From NCBI GenBank assembly GCA_965248575.1, contig CBDFJQ010000002.1:1984001-2048000 (forward strand): DNA of 64,000 nucleotides, given 5' to 3'. Shown piece after piece: positions 62,517-64,000 of the stretch. The DNA comes from Planctomycetota bacterium. Lineage in GTDB: Bacteria > Planctomycetota > B15-G4. Position 1 is the first letter of the stretch. Each line of letters begins with the position of its first letter. Position numbers and translations under genes: made by a program. The notes beneath the pieces were generated by a model, which saw nothing but the letters and a program-made list of their open reading frames with translations, was not told the origin of the DNA and did not search any database.

Positions 62517-64000
62517 ATGAGCGCCTCCCGCGACGACACCCCGAAGGCTTCCGGAAACCCAAGCCTGCTGCTGGCCATCGATCAGGGAACCACCAGCACG
62601 CGCGCGCTGCTGTTCGAGCCAAGCGGACGCACCCACGGCACGGTCGCTCAGCGCGATCTCCCGCAGGTCTTTCCGGCGCCCGGCCAGGTGGAGCACGACC
62701 CGGAGCTCATCTGGAAGGCCACCGTCGAGACCTGTCGCCTCGTGCTGGCGCAGAACAACATCTCTGCAGCCGATGTCGCGGGCATCGGCATCACCAACCA
62801 ACGGGAAACCGTCGTGGTCTGGGACCGGAAGTCGGGCCGCCCGCTGCACAACGCCATCGTGTGGCAGGACCGGCGCACCGCCGAGACCTGCCGCCAGTTG
62901 CACGAATCGGGTCTGGGTCCGCTCGTGAGTGCCCGCACGGGCCTGCTGCTCGACCCGTATTTCTCAGCCAGCAAGATCGCGTGGATCCTCAACCACGTCC
63001 CCGGAGCCCGGAGCCGGGCAGAGCGCGGGGAACTGGCCGCGGGCACCATCGACAGCTTCCTTCTCTGGCGGCTGACCGACGGTGCAGTGCACGCCACGGA
63101 TGCCACGAACGCCAGCCGTACATCTCTGTTCGACATCCACAAACAAGTCTGGGACGACGAGCTGCTGGAGGCCTTCCAGGTCCCCCGTTCCCTGCTCCCG
63201 GACGTGCGCGACAGCTCAGGCGACTTCGGTGAATGCAGCCCCTCCTTGCTCGGCGCCTCCCGTCCCATTGGAGCTGTGGTGGGCGACCAACAGGCCGCCG
63301 CCTTGGGACAAGGATGCTGGGATGCGGGAACCAGCAAGTGCACCTACGGCACGGGTGCGTTTGCCTTGCTCAACACCGGGAGCGAAGCGCCCCTCTCCCG
63401 GCACCGCCTCCTCACGACGGTGGCCTATCGGCTCGACGGCGACACCCGCTATGCCATGGAGGGCAGCATCTTCTCCGCTGGCAGCACCGTGCAATGGCTG
63501 CGGGACGGCCTGCAGTTGTTGAGCGACGTCCGGCAGAGCGAGGCCATGGCCCGCAGAGCCAAACCGGGCCAGGGTGTGCACCTCGTCCCGGCCTTCACCG
63601 GCTTGGGCGCGCCCCACTGGGATGCAAACGCTCGCGGTGCCCTGCTGGGTTTGACGCGCGACACCAGCGCCGACGACATCGTGCGAGCCGGCCTGGAAGC
63701 GGTCGCCTTCCAAACAGCCGAGCTGCTCGAGGCCATGCAGGCAGACGGCTCCCCACGCCCCGCGTGCTTGCGCGTCGACGGAGGCCTCTCGAACAACAAC
63801 TGGCTGATGCAGCGAGTCGCTGACCTCTTGGACATGCCTGTCGAGCGCCCCAAGAACACGGAGACAACCGCGCTGGGTGCAGCGCTGCTGGCGGCCCGGG
63901 CGTTCGGCTTGGGCACAGCACCGGAGCCCATGTCGAGCGGATCTCCGAAGGACCCGCCCAACACTCCGGCTGTGAAGCAGTCGACCTCCTGGGAACTCGA
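62517..64000 (+). CDS. glpK: Glycerol kinase, runs off the right edge (3' partial)
   Basis: Not in the ORF track. Translated by hand: [70 protein letters not shown]. Confidence 0.95.
   Translation, partial: MSASRDDTPKASGNPSLLLAIDQGTTSTRALLFEPSGRTHGTVAQRDLPQVFPAPGQVEHDPELIWKATVETCRLVLAQNNISAADVAGIGITNQRETVVVWDRKSGRPLHNAIVWQDRRTAETCRQLHESGLGPLVSARTGLLLDPYFSASKIAWILNHVPGARSRAERGELAAGTIDSFLLWRLTDGAVHATDATNASRTSLFDIHKQVWDDELLEAFQVPRSLLPDVRDSSGDFGECSPSLLGASRPIGAVVGDQQAAALGQGCWDAGTSKCTYGTGAFALLNTGSEAPLSRHRLLTTVAYRLDGDTRYAMEGSIFSAGSTVQWLRDGLQLLSDVRQSEAMARRAKPGQGVHLVPAFTGLGAPHWDANARGALLGLTRDTSADDIVRAGLEAVAFQTAELLEAMQADGSPRPACLRVDGGLSNNNWLMQRVADLLDMPVERPKNTETTALGAALLAARAFGLGTAPEPMSSGSPKDPPNTPAVKQSTSWEL

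Overview
GC-rich bacterial chromosomal segment, probably Planctomycetota (TIGR02999-type ECF sigma factor, secretin-like protein, FG-GAP and QW-repeat proteins). Positions 1-8450 are an integron gene-cassette array: 15 short minus-strand ORFs separated by 14 attC sites, six from one near-identical ~67-bp family. It starts at an attI/dif-like inverted repeat (8427-8448), has no integrase gene beside it and runs off the left edge. The rest is backbone: secreted proteases, an ECF/anti-sigma/secretin-like operon, a PaoABC-like molybdoenzyme operon, a 2119-aa giant protein, icd, mddA, msrA, a GDPD/LtaS pair, FG-GAP proteins and glpK. Most notable: (1) the integrase-less array with partly decayed attC sites; (2) a ~120-130-aa C-terminal domain shared by three unrelated secreted proteins, a candidate sorting signal; (3) a CHAD gene coupled to a ParA-CYTH fusion, a candidate polyphosphate-granule positioning system; (4) an isocitrate dehydrogenase with a CxxC-x9-CxxC insertion next to its regulatory serine; (5) a divergent LtaS/GDPD pair with similar C-terminal domains. 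All family calls come from reading motifs by eye; no searches were run.
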